DNA of 64,000 bases from Methanobacteriota archaeon (GTDB lineage: Archaea; Thermoplasmatota; Thermoplasmata; SG8-5; DAIRED01). The translations under genes were made by a program, and so were the position numbers. The stretch spans positions 24,101 to 88,100 of the forward strand of contig JAZDNO010000030.1 in NCBI GenBank assembly GCA_043799545.1, in the 5' to 3' direction. Of the stretch, positions 28,529 to 38,077 are shown one piece after another. The notes under the pieces were generated by a model. It searched no databases and was not told the origin of the DNA. It saw only the letters and a list, made by a program, of their open reading frames with translations. Positions within the stretch are counted from its first letter, which is position 1. The number at the start of each line of letters is the position of its first letter.

Positions 28529-29791
28529 CTTGTGGACGAACCTCTCGATTCCCAGGCCGAAGCCGCCGTGCGGCGGCATGCCGAAGCGGAACGCCTTGAG
28601 GTAGAACTCGAAAGCGGCTGGGTCCATGCCGTTCTCCGCCATCTGGCTCAGCAGGACGTCCAGGCGGTGCTCGCGCTGGCCTCCCGAGACCAGCTCTTCT
28701 CCGTCGTATTCGAGGTCGAAGTATCCCGTCAGCCCGGGGTTCTCCGGTTTCCTCATCGCGTAGAACGTCGTCCGCTTCAGCTCGGTCGGGAAATCTGTGA
28801 TGAAGAAGAACTGGTGGTTCGTCTCTTTCTTCACTATCTCTCCCAGGACCTTTTCGCCAGTGGTGTCGATGTCGTTGTTTGCGGGGACGGGGTGGCCCGC
28901 CGCGCGGAGCATCTCGGCGCACTTGGCGTGCGGGATGCGCGGGAATGGCAAGGCGGGCTTCTCCAGCTTGATGCCGAGCAGTTCCAAATCCTTTGCGCAT
29001 CCCTCGATAACGCGCCCAATCCCGGCGGCCACGAGCCCCTCCAGGAATTTCATCACGTCCTCTGAGGAATCGATGAACGCCATCTCAACGTCCAGCGAGG
29101 TGAATTCCGAGAGGTGGCGCACGGTGTCGCTCGCCTCCGCCCGGAACGCCGGGGCGATTTCGTAAATCCTGTCGAGCCCGGTGGACATCAGGCTCTGCTT
29201 GTACAGCTGCGGGCTCTGGGCCAGGTAGGCCTTCTTGTCGAAGTAGGTGATGGGGAAAAGGGTCGCGCCGCCCTCGGCCCCGGCAGCCACGATTTTAGGT
29301 GTGTGAACTTCGACGAACCTCTGCGAAGCGAAGTGCTCCCGCAACCCTTCCAGCAGGACGGAGCGGATGCGGAACACCGCGCGGACCTCATCCTTGCGCA
29401 GGTCCATGAACCTGGCGTTGAGGCGCGTGTCCAGGTCGACGTTGACCTTGTCTATGACGCCGAGAGGCAGCGGGGCCTCCGCCGGGCTGATGAGGGTCCA
29501 GCTATCGGGCAGGAGCTCGACGCCGGCCTTGGCCTCCTTGTTGGCCTTCAGGGAGCCGGTGAAAGAGACGACGCTTTCGCGCATCACGCCGGACATTTCC
29601 TTGAACGGCTCCGGGCCGAGCTTCTTCTTCAGGAGCGTGACCTGGACGATGCCGGCCGAATCGCGCAGCTGGACGAAGGCTATGCCTCCGAGGTTGCGCA
29701 CGTCCTGCACCCACCCGGCGACCGTGACGTTCTGCCCGTCCAGCGCTGGACCGAGTTCCGAGGCCATCTTTCTCGATGAGAGCTGCGCCAT
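28460..29791 (-). CDS. aspS: Archaeal aspartyl-tRNA synthetase
   Basis: OB-fold N-terminus, LAQSPQLYKQ, FRAE, PPHGGFGLGIER. Confidence 0.97.
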   Translation of the reverse strand: MAQLSSRKMASELGPALDGQNVTVAGWVQDVRNLGGIAFVQLRDSAGIVQVTLLKKKLGPEPFKEMSGVMRESVVSFTGSLKANKEAKAGVELLPDSWTLISPAEAPLPLGVIDKVNVDLDTRLNARFMDLRKDEVRAVFRIRSVLLEGLREHFASQRFVEVHTPKIVAAGAEGGATLFPITYFDKKAYLAQSPQLYKQSLMSTGLDRIYEIAPAFRAEASDTVRHLSEFTSLDVEMAFIDSSEDVMKFLEGLVAAGIGRVIEGCAKDLELLGIKLEKPALPFPRIPHAKCAEMLRAAGHPVPANNDIDTTGEKVLGEIVKKETNHQFFFITDFPTELKRTTFYAMRKPENPGLTGYFDLEYDGEELVSGGQREHRLDVLLSQMAENGMDPAAFEFYLKAFRFGMPPHGGFGLGIERFVHKLLGLPNIRECVLFPRDRLRLVP

Positions 29792-29868
29792 GAGTCCTGG
29801 GATTGCTCCGGGCTATAAAAATGTGAGTGGTGAAACGATAAATAACCGAAACGCCTAGAGACGTTGAA

Positions 29869-31197
29869 ATGAAAGTGCTGCTGGTGTACCCGCCGTTCTG
29901 CGCCCCCACGGTGCCTCCTTACTCGATAACATATCTTCAGTCGTTCTTGTCCGCGAATTCCGACGTGGATGTAAAATGCATCGATTTGAACGCGAAATTC
30001 CATATGTGTAGAATGGCATCCTTGTACAACGGCCTGGAAAAAGCGAAAAGGAATTTAAAATCATATTCCGAACTGCTTGAAAAGTACTCCAGCAAGGCAA
30101 AGAAGGTTCACAGGGAAAACATCGTGAAAATATCCGAGGGAGCAGCGCCCGAACTATTCAAGGAGCTGGCTGGGCTGCTTCTGAAAGAAAAGCCCGATGT
30201 GGTCGGGTTCAGCATCGTTTACAACAGCCAAATATTCTACAGCCTGTCGCTCATCGAGAAGCTCACCGATAATGGAATTACTTGCGTGGCCGGCGGCCCC
30301 GCCGCGAGCCAACTTGTTCGAGAGCGGGTGAAGGTGCTGGATGACGAGGTCGCGCTCCTGAGATTCCTGACCAAAAAGGAAAAATGCAAGGCACCCCGCG
30401 CTCTGGATTTCAGCCACTACCCGGAAGAAGACTATCTTTCAAAAGAGATGATATACCCCATCAGAAGCTCGTATGGCTGCTTCTACCGGGCATGCGCTTT
30501 CTGCACCCATCACGGCAACGTTGCCTACAGGGAAATCGATGTGAAAGAAATCAAAAAGTCTATTCTTAAAAACAGGATGAAAAACATTTTCTTCATCGAT
30601 GACACGATTCCTGCGAGAAGACTTTCCGAGCTCGCGGACATGCTCAAGCCGCTTAAAGTACGGTGGTGGTGCCAAACCCGGCCCACGCAAGACCTGCTCG
30701 GGCTTTTCAACAAGCTGAGGGAAACCGGGCTGGTGGCAATCTCTTTCGGCGCCGAGTCAGGAAACCAGAGGATGCTGGACCTGATGAGAAAAGGCACGAG
30801 AGTGGATGACGTCAAAAAAGTACTCTCTGAGAGCCACAATGCCGGCATAAAAAACATAGTTTTCATAATGTTCGGATTTCCGGGAGAAGACGAATCCTCT
30901 TTCATCGACACGGTGAATTTCCTCAGGGACAACCGCGGGAACCTCGACATCGTATCGGCTTCCATGTTCGGCCTGCAGAAAGGAAGCTGCGTCTTTGACA
31001 ATCCAGGCGAGTTCGGGGTGTTCGACATTATGGAACATGGCGCGCCGCTTGGCGAAATCATCCGGTTTGAGGTCAGAAACGGGCTCGGTGAAAAACAGGC
31101 AAAGGCAATGAAAGAAAATGTTGCGAAGGAGCTGAGGGCGATGAACAAGCTTCCCAAGATATTCTGCCTGTTGAAAGAACAGAGTTTGTTTTTTTAG
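29869..31197 (+). CDS. B12-binding-domain radical SAM protein
   Basis: N-terminal PDVVGFS/GGP cobalamin-type domain; GCFYRACAFC; FFIDDT; GAESG. Confidence 0.85.
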   Translation: MKVLLVYPPFCAPTVPPYSITYLQSFLSANSDVDVKCIDLNAKFHMCRMASLYNGLEKAKRNLKSYSELLEKYSSKAKKVHRENIVKISEGAAPELFKELAGLLLKEKPDVVGFSIVYNSQIFYSLSLIEKLTDNGITCVAGGPAASQLVRERVKVLDDEVALLRFLTKKEKCKAPRALDFSHYPEEDYLSKEMIYPIRSSYGCFYRACAFCTHHGNVAYREIDVKEIKKSILKNRMKNIFFIDDTIPARRLSELADMLKPLKVRWWCQTRPTQDLLGLFNKLRETGLVAISFGAESGNQRMLDLMRKGTRVDDVKKVLSESHNAGIKNIVFIMFGFPGEDESSFIDTVNFLRDNRGNLDIVSASMFGLQKGSCVFDNPGEFGVFDIMEHGAPLGEIIRFEVRNGLGEKQAKAMKENVAKELRAMNKLPKIFCLLKEQSLFF

Positions 31198-31287
31198 CTT
31201 TCAAACCCATTCTTGCGGAGTTCCTCGCAGGAGGCCGAAATCAAAGCCCCGACGTTCAGTTATGCTCCGCCAGAGAAGCTAGGAATC

Positions 31288-31298
31288 AAAAAGAAAAA
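31288..31298 (-). terminator. Oligo-T terminator of the C/D sRNA
   Basis: TTTTTCTTTTT directly after the 3' arm of the terminal stem. Confidence 0.6.
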
Positions 31299-31428
31299 CC
31301 TGCGTCCTCAGCACTCATGGGGTCAATCATCCGGCCTTAGCCCGCGAACCGAAGTCCGCAGCGTGGTTCCAGACCTTCGGGGTCGAAACCGCCGTCATCT
31401 GACCCTCTTGTCATCACAGAACAAAGGC
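31298..31428 (-). ncRNA. Box C/D guide sRNA with structured internal insert (predicted targets tRNA-Met C34 and 23S C1920)
   Basis: Box C GTGATGA (31411-31417), D' ATGA (31395-31398), C' GGATGA (31327-31332), D CTGA (31308-31311); terminal stem GCCTTTGTTC/GGACGCAGGT; TATA-like TTTTATTA (31445-31452); oligo-T terminator. Confidence 0.75.
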
Positions 31429-31517
31429 GTATCCGCGCACAAGATAATAAAATGCACCTTTCCGAGTAGTGGTAATGTTTATCTACACCTGCTCACCTAC
31501 GCCACAATGGTGGAACC

Positions 31518-31736
31518 TTGTTCCGCGACATCATTGGGTTCGCGTCCGACGACCCGGCATATTCGATCGCGCAGTTCAGGGCCGACATTAGTCAGTCGAC
31601 GGCAGTCGTCGAGACGTTCGACGCCGCTGCGGTGCCATACCTGACCAGCATCATGAACGCGGGCGACTTCTTCTTCCCGGGCCGGGGATACTGGGTCTGG
31701 GTCCCGACGGACGTCGTGTGGGACAAGCCCTTCTGA
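31518..31736 (+). pseudogene. Orphan C-terminal fragment of a surface protein (GWNL...GYW module)
   Basis: IIGFAS...VETFDAAAVPY...FFPGRGYWVWVPTDVVW aligns with the last repeat of 53140-54381 (LVGYPS...VESFDPAELY...LTPGYGYWMHVSADTVW); in-frame stop at 31473; WNLV sits just upstream in another frame. Confidence 0.55.
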
Positions 31737-31789
31737 TGGCCAATAAAATATATATATAGTCGGACATATAGCTCGCCCGAGGACAGGAC

Positions 31790-34211
31790 ATGCAGATTCC
31801 CAGCGGCAAGATATTGGCGACGTCTTTCGGAGGGCCCAAGGCGTTCGCGGAGGCCTTTGCCAGGATGAGCTCGGAATCTCTGGACGGGTTCGTGAGGACC
31901 TCGCTGGCGAGCAGGAAGGGTTACGCGATTGGAACGCTGGTCTTCAAGGGTGGCAGGGCCATCCTGGTCGCGCACAAGACAGCCGGGCATGAAACCCTAG
32001 GCGACGATGCCGTCCCGCTCGTGGCAGCAGATTCTCTCTCCGAGGATTGCGTCATGGAGATTCACACTTACGGCTTCAAATCATCCAGCATCAGCGTAGG
32101 GCACCTCGAGACCCGGTTTTCCGACGCCGCAGTCACCTACGACATCGACCCTGCGGAGGAGGTCAGGGGCGCGGAAAAGGCCACGAGCGAGGAGGCCGAG
32201 AAGTCCCGGAGCGCCGCCTCGATAGACCGTATGCGCGACGCGGGAATCGAATCCAGGGAGCGCGAGCTGGCCGAGAAGAAGCGACTGCTCGACGAAGAGC
32301 GCCAGCGTTCAGCCGAGCGCGAGGGCTCCATAGAGCGGTTGAGGCAGGAGCTCGACTCCGTAAAAGCGGGAAGCGTCTCTCTTTTCAAGCATTTCACAGA
32401 AGACCGAAAGGGGCTCACCCAGCAGGACGTCCTCGCTCTCGCGGACAAGCGCGTGGAGGAGATGCGCCTCGACTCGAAGCGCGAAGAGCTCGACAAGCGC
32501 GAGAAGGTGTTGAAATCCGAGGAGGCCACCCTGAGGGAGCTGGAAGGCCAGCTGTCTGCCAAGGACGGCTCGATGCGCGAGCGAGAGGCCTCCATCCGAA
32601 CCGAGGAGAGCGCACTGGCCAGGGAGCGCGCCGAACTCGCAGAGCTATGGAAGCGCATAGGCCAGGAGACGGAGAAGCACAAGTCTTCCGAGGAGGAGCT
32701 GGAGCGCAGGCTCGAGGAGTACCTCGTCAAGGAGCGGAAGCTGCTGAAGCTCGAGGACGGCCTGGAATCCCGCGAGGCCGAGATGAAGTCCGCGCAGGCG
32801 AGCCTGGAGAAGGGAGCCAAAGCCCTCGAGGCGAAACTGGATGACGTTTCAAAGCGCGATGCCAAATTGACTGAGCGCGAGAAGGCGCAGACTGACGGCG
32901 AGCGCCAGGCCAAGGCAAAGGCCAAGGAGCTGGCGAAACTCGAAACATCATTGAAGAAGGAGTCGGACGCGGTCGAAAGGGAGAAGCGCCGCGCAGCTTC
33001 CGAGCTGGCCGAGCTGAACGCCCTCAAATCCGAGCTCGAGAAGGGCCGCGAGCGGCTGGAGGCGGACGAGTCGTCTCTTGCGGAGGAGCGAGACTCAGTT
33101 GCGGAGAAAGGCAGGGAATTGAAGGAGCGCGAGGAGAGCATCGGGGAGCTCCAGGCGGCGATGGCGTCGGAGAAGGCCGCGCTGAAGTCCATGTCGAAGG
33201 ACATCGCCAAGCAGGCCAAGGCCATAGAATCCGAGAGGCGCTCGCTGGACGACTGGCGCGCCGAGATGGACAAGGCCGAGGCCGTGGCGGAGAAGCTCAA
33301 GCGCGAGATGGCGCACCGGGAGAAGGGACTGAAGAAGGCCGAGAAGTCCGCAGAGAAGGCGGAAGAGAGGCTGGCCGCGGAGATGGAAACCGTAGCGAAG
33401 CTCCAGGAGGAGCTCGGCGCGAAGGCCCAGAGCCTATCCGACCGCGAGGAGGACCTGAAGGACCGGGAGGAGCAGGCCGCCTTGCGCGAAAAGGAGCTCG
33501 ACGATTCGATTTCGAAAGCCAAAACGTCAATCGCCAAGGACAAGTCGAAGCTGGCGGAGCAGCTCAAGGAGCTGGCTTCTCGCGAGGACGCGCTGTCGGA
33601 CGGCGAGGACGCGCTCGAGAAGCGCGCGGGAGAACTGAACGCGAGGGAGAAGTCCCTCTCGTCCGAGGCCGCGGCCAACGAGGCGAAGGCGTCGGAGCTG
33701 GCGGCCCGGAGCGAAGAGCTCGACGAGCGCGCGGAGTCGCTGGACGCTCGTGAGAAGGAGTCTGAGGCGTCGGCGGCGCGGAGGGAGCAGCAGTTCGCGG
33801 AGCGCAAGGAGGACCTGGACAAGCGGTCCAAGGAGCTGGCTTCCGCGCAGCGCAAGGCCCAGTCCGAGCTGAAGAAGCTCCAGGAGAAGGAGTCGCAGCT
33901 GGCGGCGAAGGAAACCGGCGTGAAGAAGGAGTTCGCGGCCGTACTCAGGGAGCGCGAGGAAATTGACGGGGCGCGGGCCGAGCTCGACGAGCGAGAGACC
34001 CAGTTGAAGGACGCCCCAGGACAAGCTCAAGGCGCGCGAATGGCAGCTCGAGAAGATGGAGAAGGAAATCCGCGTCGAGGCCGAGGGGAAGCTCGCGGAG
34101 CGCGCGAGGGAGCTCGACGAGCGCGAGGAAGCCATCGAGAAGGCGGAGAGCGCGTACAAGAAGCGCCAGAGCGACCTGGCGAAGCTGCGGGAAGGGCTAA
34201 AGGGATTGTAA
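31790..34211 (+). CDS. Long coiled-coil protein with globular N-terminal domain; apparent +1 frameshift at 34014-34017
   Basis: About 700 aa of E/K/R/L/A heptads; removing one C from GACGCCCCAGGAC restores ...DAQDKLKAREWQLEKMEKE...REGLKGL* ending at TAA 34209-34211. Confidence 0.8.
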
Positions 34212-34307
34212 CAGTCTGGGCTTCGCAAGAGCCCGGGGTCAGGCGGCTCCCGGGATACGTATAAATATTGACTCAAACGTTGACGGGCAAGCGCGCGGGG
34301 ATTTGAA

Positions 34308-35975
34308 ATGCTAGATTACGATTTGATTGTCGTTGGCGGGGTCGCCGCTGGAACGAAGGCCGCCGCCAAAGCCCGCCGCGAGAGGCGCGACTGGAAAATA
34401 GCAGTCATAACACAGGAGTCGGACGTATCTTACGCGGGTTGCGGGCTGCCTTACTATCTGGGAGGAGTCATCCCGGAGCGCAGCTCGCTGATTGTCAAAA
34501 CCCCCGAGAAGCTCAAGACCACCAACGACCTGGACATCATGGTCCGGCACAGGGTCCTTTCCATAAACCGGGACACCCACACGCTCGCTGTAAAGTCCCT
34601 GGATGCCGGAGAGGAATTCCAGATGAAGTACGGCAAGCTTTTCCTGGCGACGGGGGCGCAGCCAATCCGGCCTCCGATTCCTGGCGCGGACGCTCCGTGC
34701 GTGAGCTCGCTTCGGACTATTGCGGACGCCGATGCGATTCTCGGGCGCATGGCTGGCGTACGGAAGGGCAAGGCCGTCGTCGTTGGCGGCGGATTCATCG
34801 GGGTCGAGGTGGCCGAGAACCTTTCATTCCGCGGCTGGGAGGTCGCAATCGTTGAGATGCTGCCGCAAATCCTTCCGCCTTTCGACGAGGAGGTCGCGCT
34901 ATATTTCCAGCGCCACCTGGAGAAGAAAGGAATCCAGGTTTTTACTGACGCGAAGGTCACGTCAATCGCCGGCAGAGGGGCAGGAGCGACGGTCAACACA
35001 TCGAAGGGAAACGTCGATGCGGACCTCGTCCTGATGTCCGTCGGCGTGAAGCCGGACACGGAGCTGGCCAAAGCTGCCGGGCTCGAGCTTGGGGCGCAAG
35101 GCGCGATACGGGTCGACCGCGCTGGCAGGACGAGCGACCCGGACATCTACGCTTCGGGCGATTGCGCGACGACGTTTGGCTTGGTATCAAAGTCAGAGCT
35201 GTGGGCGCCGATGGGCTCCACTGCGAACAAGCAGGCGAGGGCGGCGGCGCTGGCATTGACTGGCTCGGCGGGGGATTTCCCCGGAGTGCTGGGAACGATG
35301 GTTGTGCGGGCGTTCGAGGTATCGGCGGCCAAGACTGGCCTCTGCGAGCGGGAGGCAAGGGAGGCAGGTTTGGACGTCGTTGCAGCGACTGTTCCAGCGG
35401 ATGACCGGGCACACTACTATCCAGGAAGCCAGAAGATTGCCATCAAGCTCGTGGCGGAGCGCGAGACCGGGAAAATCCTGGGGGCGCAGGCGTACGGGCC
35501 AGGAGTTGTGGACAAGCCGATAGACGCGTTCGTCGCCGGTATAACGATGGGCGCGGCCGTCCGAGACCTGGCAAACGCCGACTTCGCTTACGCGCCGCCT
35601 TTCTCGACCGCGATAAACCCTGTGAACCTGGCGTGCAACGTCCTATTGAACAAAATGAAGGGCAAGATGGAAGGAATCGACTGCATCGCGGCGAAGGAGA
35701 TGATTTCCCGCGCAGGATGGGACGGCCTCGTGCTGGACAACAGGGATGTTCGGGAGTACGAGTCGGGAAGCCTTCCCGGCGCGGTCAACATTCCCAACGC
35801 CGAAATCAAGGCCAGATTGAGCGAAATCGAGCGATTCAGAGACAAGGACATTCTGGTGGTCTGCAACTACGGTCGGGGAGCGTACGACGGCTACCTCCGC
35901 CTGAAGCATCTCGGGTTCTCTAGGGTGTATGTGCTGGAAGGCGGAGCGAGGTTCTGGCCGTACGAACTGGCTTGA
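34308..35975 (+). CDS. CoA-disulfide/persulfide reductase-type flavoprotein with C-terminal rhodanese domain
   Basis: GGVAAG, SYAGCGLPY redox Cys, GGGFIG, YAPPFS, rhodanese VVCNYG. Confidence 0.9.
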   Translation: MLDYDLIVVGGVAAGTKAAAKARRERRDWKIAVITQESDVSYAGCGLPYYLGGVIPERSSLIVKTPEKLKTTNDLDIMVRHRVLSINRDTHTLAVKSLDAGEEFQMKYGKLFLATGAQPIRPPIPGADAPCVSSLRTIADADAILGRMAGVRKGKAVVVGGGFIGVEVAENLSFRGWEVAIVEMLPQILPPFDEEVALYFQRHLEKKGIQVFTDAKVTSIAGRGAGATVNTSKGNVDADLVLMSVGVKPDTELAKAAGLELGAQGAIRVDRAGRTSDPDIYASGDCATTFGLVSKSELWAPMGSTANKQARAAALALTGSAGDFPGVLGTMVVRAFEVSAAKTGLCEREAREAGLDVVAATVPADDRAHYYPGSQKIAIKLVAERETGKILGAQAYGPGVVDKPIDAFVAGITMGAAVRDLANADFAYAPPFSTAINPVNLACNVLLNKMKGKMEGIDCIAAKEMISRAGWDGLVLDNRDVREYESGSLPGAVNIPNAEIKARLSEIERFRDKDILVVCNYGRGAYDGYLRLKHLGFSRVYVLEGGARFWPYELA

Positions 35976-36035
35976 GAGAACGGGTTCCGCCCCATTCCCA
36001 AAAACCTTAATTCCCACCTCCACATCCCATCGCCG

Positions 36036-36923
36036 ATGAACGACGTCCATTACGACAAGCCATCCGCTCGTTTCATGCTCACGAGGGTCGGCGTCTCCGG
36101 AATAAAGAAACCGATTCGCGTCACGCGCCCGGGAAAGGAGACGCAGCTCACGGCCACAATCGACCTGTACGTCGACCTTCCAGCGACCCACAAGGGTTCG
36201 CACATGTCCAGGAACGCAGAGGTCCTGGAGGATGCGATAACGGACGCCTCATCAGGTCCGACTGGAGGGCTCGAGATATACGCGGCGGGGCTCGCCCGCG
36301 CGCTGCTCCAGAGGCACGAGTACGCCACATTCTCCGAGGTACACATCTCGGCGGACTATTTCCTGGACAAGGCAGCGCCGTCGGGCAGGAAGACTACCGA
36401 AGTCTACGGGCTGGAGGCGAGCGCTTTCGGCACCAGGGAGCCGGGCAGAACGAGGGTGAGGAAATCGATAGGTGTCAAGGTCGTAGGCATGACCTCGTGC
36501 CCGTGCGCCATGGAGGGCGTGCGCGAGCTCATGAGCGCGGACAAGCCCGAATGCGCCCTCGCGCTCCGCTCGATACCGGTCATAACGCACAACCAGCGCA
36601 ACGTCACCTCCCTGAAGATGGACGTGCCGGACGGTTCCGACGTCGAGGCTGACGTTCTAATAGAAATTGTGGAGAATGCGCTCAGCAGCCCCACGAGGGA
36701 GATACTGAAGCGCAGGGACGAGGCCGAGCTGGTGTACGCGGCCCACCAGAACCCCAAGTTCGTCGAGGACGTGGTCCGCGGCGTGCTGGAGCAAGTCGTC
36801 GCGAGATTCGCGGCCTTGCCCGGGGAGGTCGAGGTGGCGGTCAGGAGCGTGAGCGAGGAATCGATTCACAAGCACGACGCGATGGCAGAGCGCGTCACGA
36901 CTCTGGCAGAGCTGAGGAGCTGA
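36036..36923 (+). CDS. mptA: GTP cyclohydrolase IV (MptA/FolE2 family)
   Basis: KGSHMSR, TSCPCA, THNQR, NPKFVEDVVR, EESIHKHDA. Confidence 0.92.
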   Translation: MNDVHYDKPSARFMLTRVGVSGIKKPIRVTRPGKETQLTATIDLYVDLPATHKGSHMSRNAEVLEDAITDASSGPTGGLEIYAAGLARALLQRHEYATFSEVHISADYFLDKAAPSGRKTTEVYGLEASAFGTREPGRTRVRKSIGVKVVGMTSCPCAMEGVRELMSADKPECALALRSIPVITHNQRNVTSLKMDVPDGSDVEADVLIEIVENALSSPTREILKRRDEAELVYAAHQNPKFVEDVVRGVLEQVVARFAALPGEVEVAVRSVSEESIHKHDAMAERVTTLAELRS

Positions 36924-36927
36924 GAAT

Positions 36928-37074
36928 ATGGGAACTGTTGTCGGAGCCTGCCACATATGTGCCTCGCCCACCGTGATCGAGTGCAGGTTCTGCGGGAAGC
37001 CCGCCTGCGGCGCGCACTTCGACGCGGCCAGCGGTGCGTGCTCCGTCTGCGCGGGTTTCAGGGGAGCGAACTGA
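36928..37074 (+). CDS. Small zinc-finger protein (48 aa), not in the ORF track
   Basis: MGTVVGACHICASPTVIECRFCGKPACGAHFDAASGACSVCAGFRGAN*; CxxC, CxxC, CxxH, CxxC; fills the gap between two genes exactly. Confidence 0.8.
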   Translation: MGTVVGACHICASPTVIECRFCGKPACGAHFDAASGACSVCAGFRGAN

Positions 37075-37076
37075 GG

Positions 37077-38039
37077 ATGGGTGAGACGGGAGCGCCGACT
37101 AAGGATGACATAATCCGGTCGGCAGAGAGGATTGCGGCTTTCGCGAACCGCACCCCCGTCATGACCTCCCGCACGCTGGACGAGCGCCTGGGAGCCGAGG
37201 TTTTCTTCAAGTGCGAGAACTTCCAGAGGGTCGGCGCGTTCAAGTTCCGAGGCGCGTGCAACGCCGTTTTTTCTTTGAGCGAAGATGAGGCTAGAAAGGG
37301 AGTGGCCACGCATTCGTCCGGAAACCATGCGGCCGCTCTGGCGCTGGCCGCCAGATTGCGAGGGATAAATGCGCACGTGGCAATGCCTTCGAACTCGTCG
37401 AAGGTCAAGGTCGATGCGGTCAAAGACTATGGCGCCAAGATAACGTTCTGCGTTCCGACGCTGGAGGCGCGCGAGAGCACGCTCGCGGAGGTTGTTGCGA
37501 GGACGGGGGCGCACGTAGTCCATCCTTACGACGACGTCCGGATTATCGCCGGGCAGGCGACTGCCGCGAAAGAATTGCTGGAAGATGTTCAAGACTTGGA
37601 CATTCTAATTGCGCCGGTCGGCGGCGGCGGCCTCCTAAGCGGCACGGCGCTGAGCGCCAAGCATTGGTCCACAGGCACGCGCGTTTTCGGGGCGGAGCCT
37701 GCGGGCGCGGACGACGCCTTCCGCTCGTTCGAGGCAGGCAAGCTGATTCGCCAGACGGACCCGCGGACGATTGCGGACGGGCTGCGAACTTCTCTCAGCC
37801 CGCGGACGTTCAAGATAATCCGCGAGAATGTGGCGGGCATCGCCACCGTCGGCGAGGGCAAGATAATCGAGGCGATGCGGTATCATTCCGAGCGCATGAA
37901 AATTGTCGTCGAGCCGTCGGGGGCGGTGCCGCTGGGGGCGCTGCTCGAGGGGAAGCTGGACGTCGCGGGAAAGCGAGTCGGGGTAATCATATCGGGCGGA
38001 AACGTTGAGTCCAAATTCTTTTCAGAGTGCACAAGCTAA
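37077..38039 (+). CDS. PLP-dependent threonine/serine dehydratase (serine racemase-like)
   Basis: FKCENFQRVGAFKFRG, SSGNHA, PVGGGGL, ISGGN. Confidence 0.92.
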   Translation: MGETGAPTKDDIIRSAERIAAFANRTPVMTSRTLDERLGAEVFFKCENFQRVGAFKFRGACNAVFSLSEDEARKGVATHSSGNHAAALALAARLRGINAHVAMPSNSSKVKVDAVKDYGAKITFCVPTLEARESTLAEVVARTGAHVVHPYDDVRIIAGQATAAKELLEDVQDLDILIAPVGGGGLLSGTALSAKHWSTGTRVFGAEPAGADDAFRSFEAGKLIRQTDPRTIADGLRTSLSPRTFKIIRENVAGIATVGEGKIIEAMRYHSERMKIVVEPSGAVPLGALLEGKLDVAGKRVGVIISGGNVESKFFSECTS

Positions 38040-38077
38040 GTAGTGCTGTCAATAAAAAAGCTGTTAGCGGATTTTGT

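Noticed and set aside
31243-31260. AAAGCCCCGACGTTCAGT, resembling an IS200/IS605 (TnpB) right-end hairpin
   Set aside because: The closing CGGGG arm is missing and there is no tnpA/tnpB remnant; too short to support.
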